Origin: a virus
DNA length: 46,580 bases
IMG/VR virus record: IMGVR_UViG_3300031413_000013
Coordinates: 1-46,580 of that record
Reading direction: 5' to 3' (one strand)
This document shows, one piece after another, positions 22,155 to 31,337 of the stretch (its first letter is position 1; every line of letters begins with the position of its first letter). A model generated the notes under the pieces. That model ran no database searches, was not told the DNA's origin, and saw only the letters and a list, made by a program, of their open reading frames with translations. Position numbers and translations under genes: made by a program.

Positions 22155-24029
22155 TCAGCCTGTGGTGGTGTTTACGACGGTAGGTTCAGACCAGTCGGAC
22201 AAGCGCCCATCACCAACCGAATACGCCACCTCGACGTTGATGTTGCTGGCGAGCGGCACGAACTCGGTCGTGAACGACACAGCCGGCCCCGGATCAGCGT
22301 CCGCATACTCGCGCTCGTTCCAGGATCCAGAGACGCCGACACGCCAGCGGGCAAACCATGTGACATCCGCACGGTCGGGACCGGTAGCAGCGATCAGGAC
22401 GCGAGCCCCGGTTGCGGTCTGGCCAGGCGTCGGGTCGACCGGTTCTTCGCCTTCTGGGGTCGTTCCCACCGCGCTGTAGGTGGCGGTTGCGGAGATGATC
22501 GTAGGCGTCTCCAGCGGCTCGGCTGCAATGGTGTTGCCGACAGGCGCTGGCTCGCCTTCCTCAGTTGCCGGGTTCCACGCGTCGGCATTCGGATCCGCGA
22601 GCACCCATGAGAAGCTGACCTGCCCGGTGGTCGGATCGCGCTTCACGGGTGCCTTGACCTGCACGACCTCGTCGAACCCGATCTCTGGCAGAACGAGGCG
22701 GATGTAACGCTGCCCCAGAATCTTGCGGCCAGTCGATCGCAGCGAGCACGTCCCACGCTTGCCGGCCATGGCTTCCGAGAACGCACGCTTGGCGAGACGT
22801 CGGGCCTGTGAGTGCGACGGCACCTGATTAGCCAGGCCGCTCGAGGCCAACTCCTTGCCGCGCCGCTCGATATCGTCCTCGTCAACCCATGGATCGGTGT
22901 CGACCGTGTTGTAATCGTGAAGCGCCGAGACATAGGACAACGGGATCGTGTTGACCGCGTTCTCTTCCTCGATCCCGTCCTGCACCGAATAGGAAATCAC
23001 ATCGCGATCGTCGACGGTCACGCTGGGCGGACTGTAGCGGCCGGCATAGACCACCAGCGCCATGTCAGCGCGCGGGCTCATCCAGCCGTCACAGCAGGCC
23101 AGCAGCGACGCCACGACAGCCTTATGCTCGTCGGTGTGCTTGTGGACGACGCAGCCGCGATAGCGCGCCTCTGTGCCGCCATCCTTGAGGGGGACAGCCT
23201 CGTCGCACACGTCAGCCGCAGCGGTCCAATAGGCCAGCGTCGGAGCGAAGTGGATCGCCCACGACTTGTTGTCCCGCACCAACAGGTAATGCGCGAGGTG
23301 CAGGATCGCGTTCTCCGACCATTTCCACGTCAGCGGGTCGCCCACCGACTGCGTCGGATCGCGCCAGTCAAACACCGGCTGCATCTTCATGACGAGGCTG
23401 AGCGGCATCTGGTTGGGACCGCCGCCCGAATAGACCTTTTGGTAGTTCTTGGTCTTGACCGCCTTCCACATCACGAACCCGGTCACGATGCCGTCGCCAC
23501 GATGGTCGGCGGTCCAGATCGTTGGCACCTTGGCGATCACGGCCTCAAACGCGGTATTGGTTGCAGCCCCTAACGTCGTTCCGATCTGCACCGTGTCGCT
23601 GTTGCCGAATTGCCCATCAGGCTGCTCGGCCACGAACCCGCTGCCGTTGATCGTGACCAGCTTGTCCCCAAGGTAATAGCCGATGATGCTATCGATGCGG
23701 CCGTGGTGGAAGGCGCCGACATCAACCGCTGTACCATCGCTGGCGGTGACGTAGAGCAGATAGACGATGTGGCTGCGCTGGATGCCGTAGCCCGACGACC
23801 TTGGCGGCACGGTCATCTTGATTGCGTTCTCTGCCTGCTCCGACCGCTTCGAGGGCGTCAGGATGCTCGAAACGAGGCTGTTCGCGCCGGATACGATCGT
23901 CGCGCCGCCTGCCAGCACCAAACCCTTTGCCACGAAGACGCCGACCGGCCCGCCGATGATCGAGCCGATAGCCGGCGCTGCGATCTGGAGCGCGAAGCCC
24001 TTGATGATCGTACCGAGGGACTTGCTCAT
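22155..24029 (-). CDS. Tail host-specificity / central fibre protein (about 624 aa).
   Basis: Large ORF after the NlpC/P60-like gene, as in GTA-like and lambda J-like tail modules. The internal ATG at 24027-24029 forms an ATGA overlap. Confidence 0.7.
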   Translation of the reverse strand: MSKSLGTIIKGFALQIAAPAIGSIIGGPVGVFVAKGLVLAGGATIVSGANSLVSSILTPSKRSEQAENAIKMTVPPRSSGYGIQRSHIVYLLYVTASDGTAVDVGAFHHGRIDSIIGYYLGDKLVTINGSGFVAEQPDGQFGNSDTVQIGTTLGAATNTAFEAVIAKVPTIWTADHRGDGIVTGFVMWKAVKTKNYQKVYSGGGPNQMPLSLVMKMQPVFDWRDPTQSVGDPLTWKWSENAILHLAHYLLVRDNKSWAIHFAPTLAYWTAAADVCDEAVPLKDGGTEARYRGCVVHKHTDEHKAVVASLLACCDGWMSPRADMALVVYAGRYSPPSVTVDDRDVISYSVQDGIEEENAVNTIPLSYVSALHDYNTVDTDPWVDEDDIERRGKELASSGLANQVPSHSQARRLAKRAFSEAMAGKRGTCSLRSTGRKILGQRYIRLVLPEIGFDEVVQVKAPVKRDPTTGQVSFSWVLADPNADAWNPATEEGEPAPVGNTIAAEPLETPTIISATATYSAVGTTPEGEEPVDPTPGQTATGARVLIAATGPDRADVTWFARWRVGVSGSWNEREYADADPGPAVSFTTEFVPLASNINVEVAYSVGDGRLSDWSEPTVVNTTTG

Positions 24030-24424
24030 GGTCGCCAAGCCTTGAAGATATGGGCCGGCCCGAACTCGATGCCCGACAACGCGAGCGACGCCCAACGCCG
24101 GCCGGTGAAGATCGCAAGCACCTGGTTTGAGCCGCAGGTCGACGCACGGCTGATAACCGCGACGTCACCGGCTTGCGGATCGTCGGATACGGGGATGCCG
24201 ACGTGCTCCATGCCCACCGTCCACAGCGCGACCAGCCCGCCACCATCTCGAATGCGACGCAGCGCGGAGAACTCGCTATCGTAGGGCTCCACAGTCACCA
24301 TCGGATCGGCATGGCCGCGAGCCATGACCCAGCGCGCCACGAGTTTGCAGCAGTCTAGGCCGGGCTCGGTGCCCCAGCCCCAGGGCTGCTTAAGCGCCCA
24401 TTGCAGGTATTCGGTGAGCTGCAT
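24026..24424 (-). CDS. NlpC/P60-like tail-associated peptidase.
   Basis: GLDCCKLVARWV is a Cys motif and GMEHVGIPV a His motif. The position is equivalent to GTA g14. Confidence 0.55.
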   Translation of the reverse strand: MQLTEYLQWALKQPWGWGTEPGLDCCKLVARWVMARGHADPMVTVEPYDSEFSALRRIRDGGGLVALWTVGMEHVGIPVSDDPQAGDVAVISRASTCGSNQVLAIFTGRRWASLALSGIEFGPAHIFKAWRP

Positions 24425-24960
24425 CAGTCCGAAGGCCCGAAGCGGCGTGACGTTCCGTTCGTGATTCCTGCGACGTGGTCACAGATCCGGTCTGTCGGCG
24501 ATCGGCGCTTTTGCCCGGCCGCGGTGTAAAACGAGGCTGGCGCCTTCGAGCGGTCCGTGTCCGATGACCCGATACTAATCGTGATCGACCGGCTTGTATG
24601 GGATCCGTTGGCGGTCGGGAAGTCGCAGCGCAGCGCGGCAAGCCATTCGACTTCGGTGACCTGCCAGTCGTCGTCCTGATAGGCTATGCCGATATGAACG
24701 GGCGCGCCTTTTAGGCTATCGGATTCCTCGGCAAACAGGCGTACCGTTTCCTGCGAAACCCCCGAGACACCGACAGGGATACGCAGAGCAGTGCCGTTGA
24801 TAACCTGCTCAAGCTCGGGGATCTCGACCAGCTTGCCGCCCCCGAGATACTTGGCCGGTTCGCTCTCGATACTATCGGCCGGAATGATGATTGGAGCCGC
24901 GCCGGAACACACGCGCGCGACGGGATCCGTGCCGATCCGCAGCAGCAGGATCCGCTTCAT
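24424..24960 (-). CDS. Tail hub/baseplate component (178 aa).
   Basis: Position between the distal-tail-like and NlpC/P60-like genes; coupled starts. Confidence 0.5.
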   Translation of the reverse strand: MKRILLLRIGTDPVARVCSGAAPIIIPADSIESEPAKYLGGGKLVEIPELEQVINGTALRIPVGVSGVSQETVRLFAEESDSLKGAPVHIGIAYQDDDWQVTEVEWLAALRCDFPTANGSHTSRSITISIGSSDTDRSKAPASFYTAAGQKRRSPTDRICDHVAGITNGTSRRFGPSD

Positions 24961-25670
24961 AGCTCAGGATCGCGCATGTCTTCGACCATCGTGATCGAAG
25001 CGGACGACCAGATGCCCATGCTGAGCGCGTTCGTAGGCTCGGATGACCGGCGCATGACACAGCGCGGGTTGTCGAAGTCCAGCACGTCACCGACAGCGAT
25101 GCCGCCACGGATCGGCGGGTGGAAGCTGATGCGCTTGCCGCCCGTGATGTCCTCGACGGTGCCGATCTCATAGGCCCGTTCCAGCCATGTCGAGTGAACA
25201 TGCGTGAAGCGCTCACCACCGATCAGGGCGCGCTCGGACGTGATCGCGATATCGAGGATCGTGCAGTTCAGCCCGCCAGTCTGCCCGTTGACCACCGCCA
25301 GCACGGTCGATGATGCACCGTCGCTGATATACTCGCTGCCGTCGCTAAAGGGCGTGCCGTCGCTATGCGGAACGGTAACGCGGTCGAGCACAGGCTGATG
25401 CCAACGGTCACAGAACGGAACGATGACGCGGCGCCCGCCAGCTAGGCCCGCATTCGCAGCGCGCCATGCCAACGTCTCGGCGCGCTCGTCTTCCGACCGC
25501 CCGCCAAAGTCAGCCTCGCTCCAATCGCCCTGCCAGTATCCCCCACCGCTCGTTTCAACGACGTCCTGAATGCCGGACAGCGAAGTGCCGCCATCAACCT
25601 CGGACCCGACGACGCGGATATCCTGTTCGGAAAAGTGAAATTGGCATAGGTGGAGAACGCGCAACGCCAT
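24957..25670 (-). CDS. Distal tail protein-like (237 aa).
   Basis: It is the first ORF downstream of the tape measure gene. Confidence 0.5.
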   Translation of the reverse strand: MALRVLHLCQFHFSEQDIRVVGSEVDGGTSLSGIQDVVETSGGGYWQGDWSEADFGGRSEDERAETLAWRAANAGLAGGRRVIVPFCDRWHQPVLDRVTVPHSDGTPFSDGSEYISDGASSTVLAVVNGQTGGLNCTILDIAITSERALIGGERFTHVHSTWLERAYEIGTVEDITGGKRISFHPPIRGGIAVGDVLDFDNPRCVMRRSSEPTNALSMGIWSSASITMVEDMRDPEL

Positions 25671-25711
25671 GCGCGGACGCTATGGCTGGGGACGGCTGGC
25701 GATTACCGCCG

Positions 25712-27928
25712 TCACGTCCCCAGCGTTTCGGATTTGCTCAGCCGGGCTGGCGTGTCGCTGAGTGCCTGACGGTATGCCACGCCCCCCGCCTGTGCCGCGC
25801 TCTGTTGCGAGATACGCTGCATGTCTCGGTAGAGCTCGCGCGTGACGACGGCCCCTTTCAGGTTGAATTGAGGGGCATGGATGACCGTCGTTCCACCACC
25901 GCGCTGCACCGCCTGCGTCTGCCCCAGAGGGATGACTGTTCCGCCCTGCGCACCCATACGAAGCAACTCAGCACCGGACCCGCGTCCTTCGTTCACCCGC
26001 ACCGTTTGCCCTGGGCCGACATAGCCGCCGGACGCGCGGCCGAACATCGACAATGGACTGCCGCCCTGGGAGCCGCCACCAAATGCCGCACCGAGGCCCT
26101 TTGCGATGTTGCCGAACAGTGACCCGGCGCCACCACCGCCAGAGGTAAAGCTGGCGATCGTGGCTTGCGCTGCGACCAGCGCCAAGGTGCGCAGGGCTTG
26201 GTCCTTGAAGTTCCGCCACAGCCCAGTCGTGCCTTCCTGGAACAAGGACTCGTACAGCCCGGCAAGCTGATAGACATTGCGCTCGCGGAGATCCTGCGCG
26301 CGTTCCTCGGCATCGGTTTTGGCCTCAAGCTCCGCGTCGCGGGCCTTGTCATAGTCCTTGCTGATGTCGTCGAGCGAGGATTGCCCTTCGTCGCCAAACA
26401 CCGAACGGAAGTTGCGCGACGACCGTTCAAGATCCTCCGCTTCGGTGCGGATCAGCGTACCGCCGCGCTGGTCGATCGCCAGCAGGTCCTTGCGGATTGC
26501 TGCGATCAGGCTGCCGGCGCTGTCAGCGTCATTCCCGGCGCGCGCGGTGGATCGCCCGCCGCCCGTCGCGCGCTGTCGACTGCCGCCAACTCCGCCACCA
26601 GTGGACGGTGCCGCAGCGGTGCGACGCCTGGCAGTAGGGCGCCGGACGATCCCGGCTTCGTTCACCGAACCGTCAGCGTTGCGCGGCACGACGTAACCAA
26701 GCCCCTCCAGACGGCGAGCAGCGCGGTCGCGACGGCTAGCGGCATCCGAACGACGCGTGCCCCGGTCGAAGTTACCCCCAGCGTTCGCAAGTGGCGCGTC
26801 GGCTCCGAACTGTCGCCCGAACAGCCGGCGGTCGATCGCGTTCGCCTGGTTCTGCAGGTTGGGCAGGATGTTGCGAGCGCTGTCGATGCTATGCAGGAGT
26901 GACGAGATCTGCTCGCGCACGCTGTAAATGCGGATTCCCAGCGCGTCGAACACCTTGGCGGCATTCGCGTCGAGCGGGTCAAAGACGTTGCCGAGACCAT
27001 CGAACACAGCCCGCGCATCGGCGCCGAACTGCTCAGCCTGGTCGGTCATGCCCTTGAACGTCGCCGTGCCGGTGCCAAGGAAGGCCACAAGTGCGTTAGA
27101 GAACTGCCCGCCTTGGTCGAACTTGCCGAAGGTGGTAACCGCGGCATTCTCGATGACCTGCATCGCGTCGCCGAAGGTGACAGGCACCTGCTTGAACTCC
27201 GCATCGATGCCCGCGGTGAACTTGCGGTCGGTCAGGGCCCGGAACAGCACGTCGGACGTGATCTTGCCTTGCTCAGCCATCGTGCGGAGCTGCCCGATCG
27301 GCACGCCCAGCGACTGCGCGAGCAAGCGCGCGATCCGGGGGCTAGCCTCCATGATGCTGTTGAACTCGTCGCCGCGCAGCACGCCGGACTGCAGGGCCTG
27401 GTTGAACTGGAGCGTCGCTGATGCTGCCTCTTCTGCACCCGCCCCGCCGATCTTTAGAGCCTCGGCGAAGGTCTGGGTTGCTCGAGCGGCATCGCTCTGG
27501 GTGCGCCCGGTTTCCTGCGAAGCCCTGATGAAGCCGCCATAGAGCTTCGTAGTGGCCTCGAGTGAGGTGCGGGTCAGGTCGGAGATGCGCTGCACATCGG
27601 TTTGCGCCTGTCCGAACGTCCCGAACGTCGCGGTTGCAAGCTTCAACTGGCTTTCGAGCTGCTTCGACTGATCAGCAAGCGAGGCCATCTCACGAATGAC
27701 CGCGCCCAAGGCGAAGCCACCGACGAACCCGGCGATACGCTGCCCCATCGACGAGAAGCGCTCACCGATACGCGCCGTGGAACGCTCAGTCTGGGCTTCC
27801 AGCGACAGGATAGACCGCTCCTGCCGATCAAGCTGATTACTGACCAGCGTCGTCGTGGCGCGGATCTCGTTCTGGTACTGTTTCACGTCCGCGCGAAGCT
27901 GGAGGATAACAGGATCGATTTGAGGCAT
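25712..27928 (-). CDS. Tail tape measure protein (738 aa).
   Basis: Long, Ala/Gly/Gln-rich helical protein following the chaperone pair. It has an N-terminal TMP-type segment and Gly-rich C-terminal repeats. Confidence 0.85.
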   Translation of the reverse strand: MPQIDPVILQLRADVKQYQNEIRATTTLVSNQLDRQERSILSLEAQTERSTARIGERFSSMGQRIAGFVGGFALGAVIREMASLADQSKQLESQLKLATATFGTFGQAQTDVQRISDLTRTSLEATTKLYGGFIRASQETGRTQSDAARATQTFAEALKIGGAGAEEAASATLQFNQALQSGVLRGDEFNSIMEASPRIARLLAQSLGVPIGQLRTMAEQGKITSDVLFRALTDRKFTAGIDAEFKQVPVTFGDAMQVIENAAVTTFGKFDQGGQFSNALVAFLGTGTATFKGMTDQAEQFGADARAVFDGLGNVFDPLDANAAKVFDALGIRIYSVREQISSLLHSIDSARNILPNLQNQANAIDRRLFGRQFGADAPLANAGGNFDRGTRRSDAASRRDRAARRLEGLGYVVPRNADGSVNEAGIVRRPTARRRTAAAPSTGGGVGGSRQRATGGGRSTARAGNDADSAGSLIAAIRKDLLAIDQRGGTLIRTEAEDLERSSRNFRSVFGDEGQSSLDDISKDYDKARDAELEAKTDAEERAQDLRERNVYQLAGLYESLFQEGTTGLWRNFKDQALRTLALVAAQATIASFTSGGGGAGSLFGNIAKGLGAAFGGGSQGGSPLSMFGRASGGYVGPGQTVRVNEGRGSGAELLRMGAQGGTVIPLGQTQAVQRGGGTTVIHAPQFNLKGAVVTRELYRDMQRISQQSAAQAGGVAYRQALSDTPARLSKSETLGT

Positions 27929-27999
27929 GCGCGCAGGCTCCTTGCCGCTTAGGGCTAGTGTGTGGCAGGCTCCCCGCTTACCGCCGCCAAGGAGGCCTC

Positions 28000-28401
28000 A
28001 TGGCAAGCGACACAGGTCAACGAAACACGATCCTACTCGTTGGCGCCGCGGTCCTTGGCTTGGTGGTTGTCGACCGCGCGTTTAACGGAGAAACACCCGA
28101 CGCCCCGGAGATACCGGCCCCCGTCAAGGCACAGCCGGCACCTGCAGGACCGAGCCCGGCTCTGATGAAGATCCGCGCGGAGCGTGAGGTCAGGGCGGTT
28201 TTGAAGGATCCCGACTCGGCGTCTTTCTCTGGCTTGGTAGCGCACACCTCACCAGCGCTAGCTGTTTGCGGGTATGTGAACTCCAAGAACGGATTTGGCG
28301 GCATGACTGGCAACCAGCGGTTCATCTCTGGTACGATCACCGCGCTAGAGGAGCAGATGCCCCGCGGCGAAATGGACAAGCTCTGGGACAAGGTCTGCTA
28401 G
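28000..28401 (+). CDS. Membrane-anchored protein encoded on the opposite strand inside the tail operon (moron).
   Basis: A strong AAGGAGG ribosome-binding site lies 5 nt before the ATG at 28000. The N-terminal TM helix is ILLVGAAVLGLVVV. The C-terminal part is ...VLKDPDSASFSGL...VCGYVNSKNGFGGMTGNQRF. Confidence 0.65.
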   Translation: MASDTGQRNTILLVGAAVLGLVVVDRAFNGETPDAPEIPAPVKAQPAPAGPSPALMKIRAEREVRAVLKDPDSASFSGLVAHTSPALAVCGYVNSKNGFGGMTGNQRFISGTITALEEQMPRGEMDKLWDKVC

Positions 28402-29008
28402 CCCTGCTTGAACTTGGCCTTCATGAACTCACGGAAGTCGGCTGAGGCTGGCTCCGGCTTATCAGCCTGCCCGGTATCGTTGTGGGCCTCGACGCTTTCG
28501 AGGAACTCGCCCAGCGTCGTGTCACCCCAGTCCAGTCCGAGCTGCCCGCAGGACGCTAGGACTTGTCCGCGGCTAAGGGGCTCTGCTTTGCCTGCTCGGC
28601 TTTTTTTTTGAGCGTCGCGCCGGAAAGCGTGTGCCGCGCGATTGCCCAGGCGACCGGCATGAACTCGTCGTAGTCCTTGCCGTCGACATACTCGTCAACG
28701 AGGTTCGCAGCATCGATCGACGATATCTTGACCGTCTCGCCTGATATCTCAGCCTGCCCGCCATACTCAGCGGCTTTGCGGATCAGGTGGTAGGCGTCGG
28801 TGATGCTGGCCGTTCCGCCAATCAGATAGACCGGCGCCTCGGTTGCCTTGTCGAGCCCGATCGAGCCGCTCAACTCATCATACAGAACGCCAAGCGGTTT
28901 GTTGCAAAGCCGCTCGACCTCGACGATGCCCTTCATGGGCAGGAAGAACCGATAGCGGCCGTTACCGAACTGGATCAGGACGCTACGCTCAGCGCCAGGC
29001 GCGGTCAT
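28398..29008 (-). CDS. Tail assembly chaperone, -1 frameshift-extended (GT-like) product.
   Basis: The -1 frame is open for 68 codons from the A9 run to the TAG at 28398-28400 (...SRAGKAEPLSRGQVLASCGQLGLDWGDTTLGEFLESVEAHNDTGQADKPEPASADFREFMKAKFKQG*). This frame has no start codon of its own that would give a long ORF. Confidence 0.6.
28556..29008 (-). CDS. Tail assembly chaperone (short, G-like product).
   Basis: Position between the tail tube and tape measure genes. It contains the A9 slippery run near its 3' end. Confidence 0.7.
   Translation of the reverse strand: MTAPGAERSVLIQFGNGRYRFFLPMKGIVEVERLCNKPLGVLYDELSGSIGLDKATEAPVYLIGGTASITDAYHLIRKAAEYGGQAEISGETVKISSIDAANLVDEYVDGKDYDEFMPVAWAIARHTLSGATLKKKAEQAKQSPLAADKS
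28601..28609 (-). promoter_or_regulatory. Slippery sequence (A9 on the coding strand) for programmed -1 frameshifting.
   Basis: TTTTTTTTT on the plus strand corresponds to CTC AAA AAA AAA GCC in the chaperone frame. Confidence 0.6.
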
Positions 29009-29457
29009 GCAGGTGCGCCAGCAGTCCAGCTCAGGCCGTCTTCGCCAGCGATGGTGATCTCAGCGGTGCCTTCTTCGCCGAGCGTTTCGTTTGCCGCGGT
29101 CATGACGCCGCGTCCGTCGCGATAGCCGATCGTCGTGCCGGTGCGAACGCCAGCCGTGAGAGCGTCGTCATACTGGCCGTAGAGCAGGCGGAAGTCGGAG
29201 TGCGCGCCCAGCGTGTCCTCGTACAGATCCATCTGGTCGACATTGACCAGGCCGGAGCCGGTGACGTCCCACTGCTGATTGTTGACGCGGACCTTGCGGC
29301 CCGGGATAGCTGCAGGTGCAGCGCAGTCGCGACGGAAACGATCGGTCGTGTTGACGGTCTTGTTCACGGTCGCCGACTCGATGCCGCAAAGGGTGGTGTA
29401 GACCGATCCGACCTTCACTTGGACGACGATGTAGTCCGGTTCGTTCGGCACCGACAT
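29005..29457 (-). CDS. Major tail (tube) protein.
   Basis: 150 aa, located immediately upstream of the chaperone pair. It has its own GAGGAAAA ribosome-binding site. No sheath gene is present. Confidence 0.7.
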   Translation of the reverse strand: MSVPNEPDYIVVQVKVGSVYTTLCGIESATVNKTVNTTDRFRRDCAAPAAIPGRKVRVNNQQWDVTGSGLVNVDQMDLYEDTLGAHSDFRLLYGQYDDALTAGVRTGTTIGYRDGRGVMTAANETLGEEGTAEITIAGEDGLSWTAGAPA

Positions 29458-29528
29458 GTGGTTTTCCTCGACTGTTTAGCAGTCGGTAGGAACAAATGGC
29501 TTAGGCTATTACCGCCATCAGTGGGCGC

Positions 29529-29759
29529 CTACGCGCTCTTGCCACCGTCGATCGGCGTGAGCCTCGCGCGGGCGGCAGCCCGGTTGCGTTCGGTTGCAGG
29601 TTCGGCGCTGGCCTCGATGATCAAGCAACGGATCTGGTGCGCCGCCATGGGCTGGCCGTTGGCTTCGCACTCCTCGGCCGCATCTAGAATCGTGCCGTCG
29701 TCGATCAGGCCATTGCGGATCATAGCCGTCAGCAATGCAACGATGGCGGGTTCTTCCAT
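29529..29759 (-). CDS. Hypothetical protein (76 aa).
   Basis: ORF between the tail-terminator-like and tube genes. Confidence 0.5.
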   Translation of the reverse strand: MEEPAIVALLTAMIRNGLIDDGTILDAAEECEANGQPMAAHQIRCLIIEASAEPATERNRAAARARLTPIDGGKSA

Positions 29760-29783
29760 GCCGGGATCCTACCCTATGCCGCG

Positions 29784-30227
29784 TTAAGCCGCTAGTACCC
29801 GGGCCTCGACTGATAGGACGGCATGATAGGCGGATTCCTCGTCCCCGTCGCGCAGCAGCCGCACCGAGCGCACTTTCAGCCGGGCGGACCAGCCGCCATC
29901 GATCGGTACGCGCTTATTGTGGATCGCGATCTTGAACGCGGTGCCCATCCGTGACGCCTGGTCTTCCGCGGTGTCCAGCACTACGGCACCCTGCATCTTT
30001 GGCTTGGCGAAAGCGTGCAACTGGAAGGTGACGATCGCGCCATCCCCGCATGACACGTCCAGCGCGGTCGACTGAAACGAGTCCATGCGCGAGAAGGGCC
30101 AGGACGGAGTTGGAGGCGTGGTGCTCGGGTGCATGTTGGGCGCGGGGACCAAGGCCACAGATGCAGGATCCGCCTTGAGATGGGTCAGCGTTCCGCGGCG
30201 CACTTCTCTTATCAGGTCGCCGGCCAT
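29784..30227 (-). CDS. Tail terminator / completion protein (DUF3168-like).
   Basis: Size and position downstream of the gp10-like gene. Motif recognition is weak. Confidence 0.5.
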   Translation of the reverse strand: MAGDLIREVRRGTLTHLKADPASVALVPAPNMHPSTTPPTPSWPFSRMDSFQSTALDVSCGDGAIVTFQLHAFAKPKMQGAVVLDTAEDQASRMGTAFKIAIHNKRVPIDGGWSARLKVRSVRLLRDGDEESAYHAVLSVEARVLAA

Positions 30228-30637
30228 TATCCGCCCCTCTTTGCTACGCGCTTTACTGCCTCGACGACCAGACGCTCAACGGCGTCGCGCTCTTGATCAC
30301 GGGCTGGCGCCATGAACGGGCGCGCTTCCATGCGACTGCTTCCCAGCTCGAGCGCAGCGGAGTAAGGCGCATTGCTGCTGACCTCGACCAGCAGCGGCGC
30401 GACCTGGACGTTCTCGATGTTGTTGCCGAGCACGCCGGTGTCTTGGTTCGGAGCCGATCCGGGGCTGCTCGCGACATGGAATTTGCCGCTGACTGCGCCC
30501 GCGGTGATGCTGATTTGTGCGGTGACACGGATGCGGTCACCTCCCGCGAACAGCGCCTTGCCGACTTCGCGCTCCATGGAGCCACCGGACAGACGCTTGA
30601 GGCGCGCAATATGTGCCTTGCGGCCGGTCATAGCCAT
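30227..30637 (-). CDS. HK97 gp10-like head-tail joining protein.
   Basis: ...NAPYSAALELGSSRMEARPFMAPA... is typical of the HK97 gp10 family. Confidence 0.6.
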   Translation of the reverse strand: MAMTGRKAHIARLKRLSGGSMEREVGKALFAGGDRIRVTAQISITAGAVSGKFHVASSPGSAPNQDTGVLGNNIENVQVAPLLVEVSSNAPYSAALELGSSRMEARPFMAPARDQERDAVERLVVEAVKRVAKRGG

Positions 30638-30677
30638 GGCCCGACATCACCTTAGACGCCGGGCCATGTTGCCGCCA

Positions 30678-31241
30678 TCACTTGGCCGCGGGAGTGATCA
30701 CCATAGGCGCAGCAGCAGGAACGACAGCGACCGACACGTCCTCGTCGATGAAGGCGTTGACGGGCGTGCCGAGCGGGATCTCAGCGCTGGTGCCCGTCAT
30801 GAAGAACCCGGCGACCGGGAGCAGTGCAACAGCACCGACGACGCCAGCCGTGCCCGTCTTGCCCTTGTCGTCGATCGATCCGGTCATGCGGATCTGGCGC
30901 CCGTTGGCGCGCACGTACAGCACACGACCGTTGATGCGACCAGACTTGCCCCACATGCCCTTGTTGCGGACCTCGGTGATCTCGCCCGTCGCGGGGCTGC
31001 CAGCCGGGATGACGACATTGCCGTCCACCATGATCGCCTCAGCCGTTTCCATTTGGAAGCGCTGCCCGACCTTGAGCTTCTTTTCCTTCGTGGTCAGGCC
31101 CTCAGCCATCTTGAGAGGAACCGACGTGCCGGCGCGCAGCGTGCCCGACGTGGTCGCGGCAGTTGCGAGCGGCGCGGCCTGCCCGAAGGCTGGTGCGGCG
31201 ATGGTGAGTGCGCAGGCGATGATGCCAATGGTTAATTTCAT
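30678..31241 (-). CDS. Secreted protein or lipoprotein of unknown function, embedded in the head-tail module.
   Basis: The N-terminal signal peptide is MKLTIGIIACALTIAAPAFGQAAP. It is preceded by a 96-nt AT-richer gap containing the hairpin CAGCCC-CGA-GGGCTG (31261-31275). Confidence 0.65.
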   Translation of the reverse strand: MKLTIGIIACALTIAAPAFGQAAPLATAATTSGTLRAGTSVPLKMAEGLTTKEKKLKVGQRFQMETAEAIMVDGNVVIPAGSPATGEITEVRNKGMWGKSGRINGRVLYVRANGRQIRMTGSIDDKGKTGTAGVVGAVALLPVAGFFMTGTSAEIPLGTPVNAFIDEDVSVAVVPAAAPMVITPAAK

Positions 31242-31337
31242 GTTCTTCCCCCCTAGACAACAGCCCCGAGGGCTGAAAGGATAGGAGTGTGGCGAGACTT
31301 GTGGATTCGGTCAATATTACTATTGAACCGTTTTAGC

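Noticed and set aside
28573-28609. Frameshift into the other alternative frame at the A9 run (ORF 28573-28764).
   Set aside because: That frame terminates 11 codons after the run (KKKPSRQSRAP*). Upstream of the run its Arg/Ser-rich translation does not resemble a real protein, so only the -1 frame gives a credible extension.
29470-29486. Hairpin CGACTG-TTTAG-CAGTCG upstream of the major tail gene, considered as a terminator.
   Set aside because: No U-tract follows it on the transcribed (minus) strand. It could be an RNA-processing or stability element, but the evidence is too thin to call.
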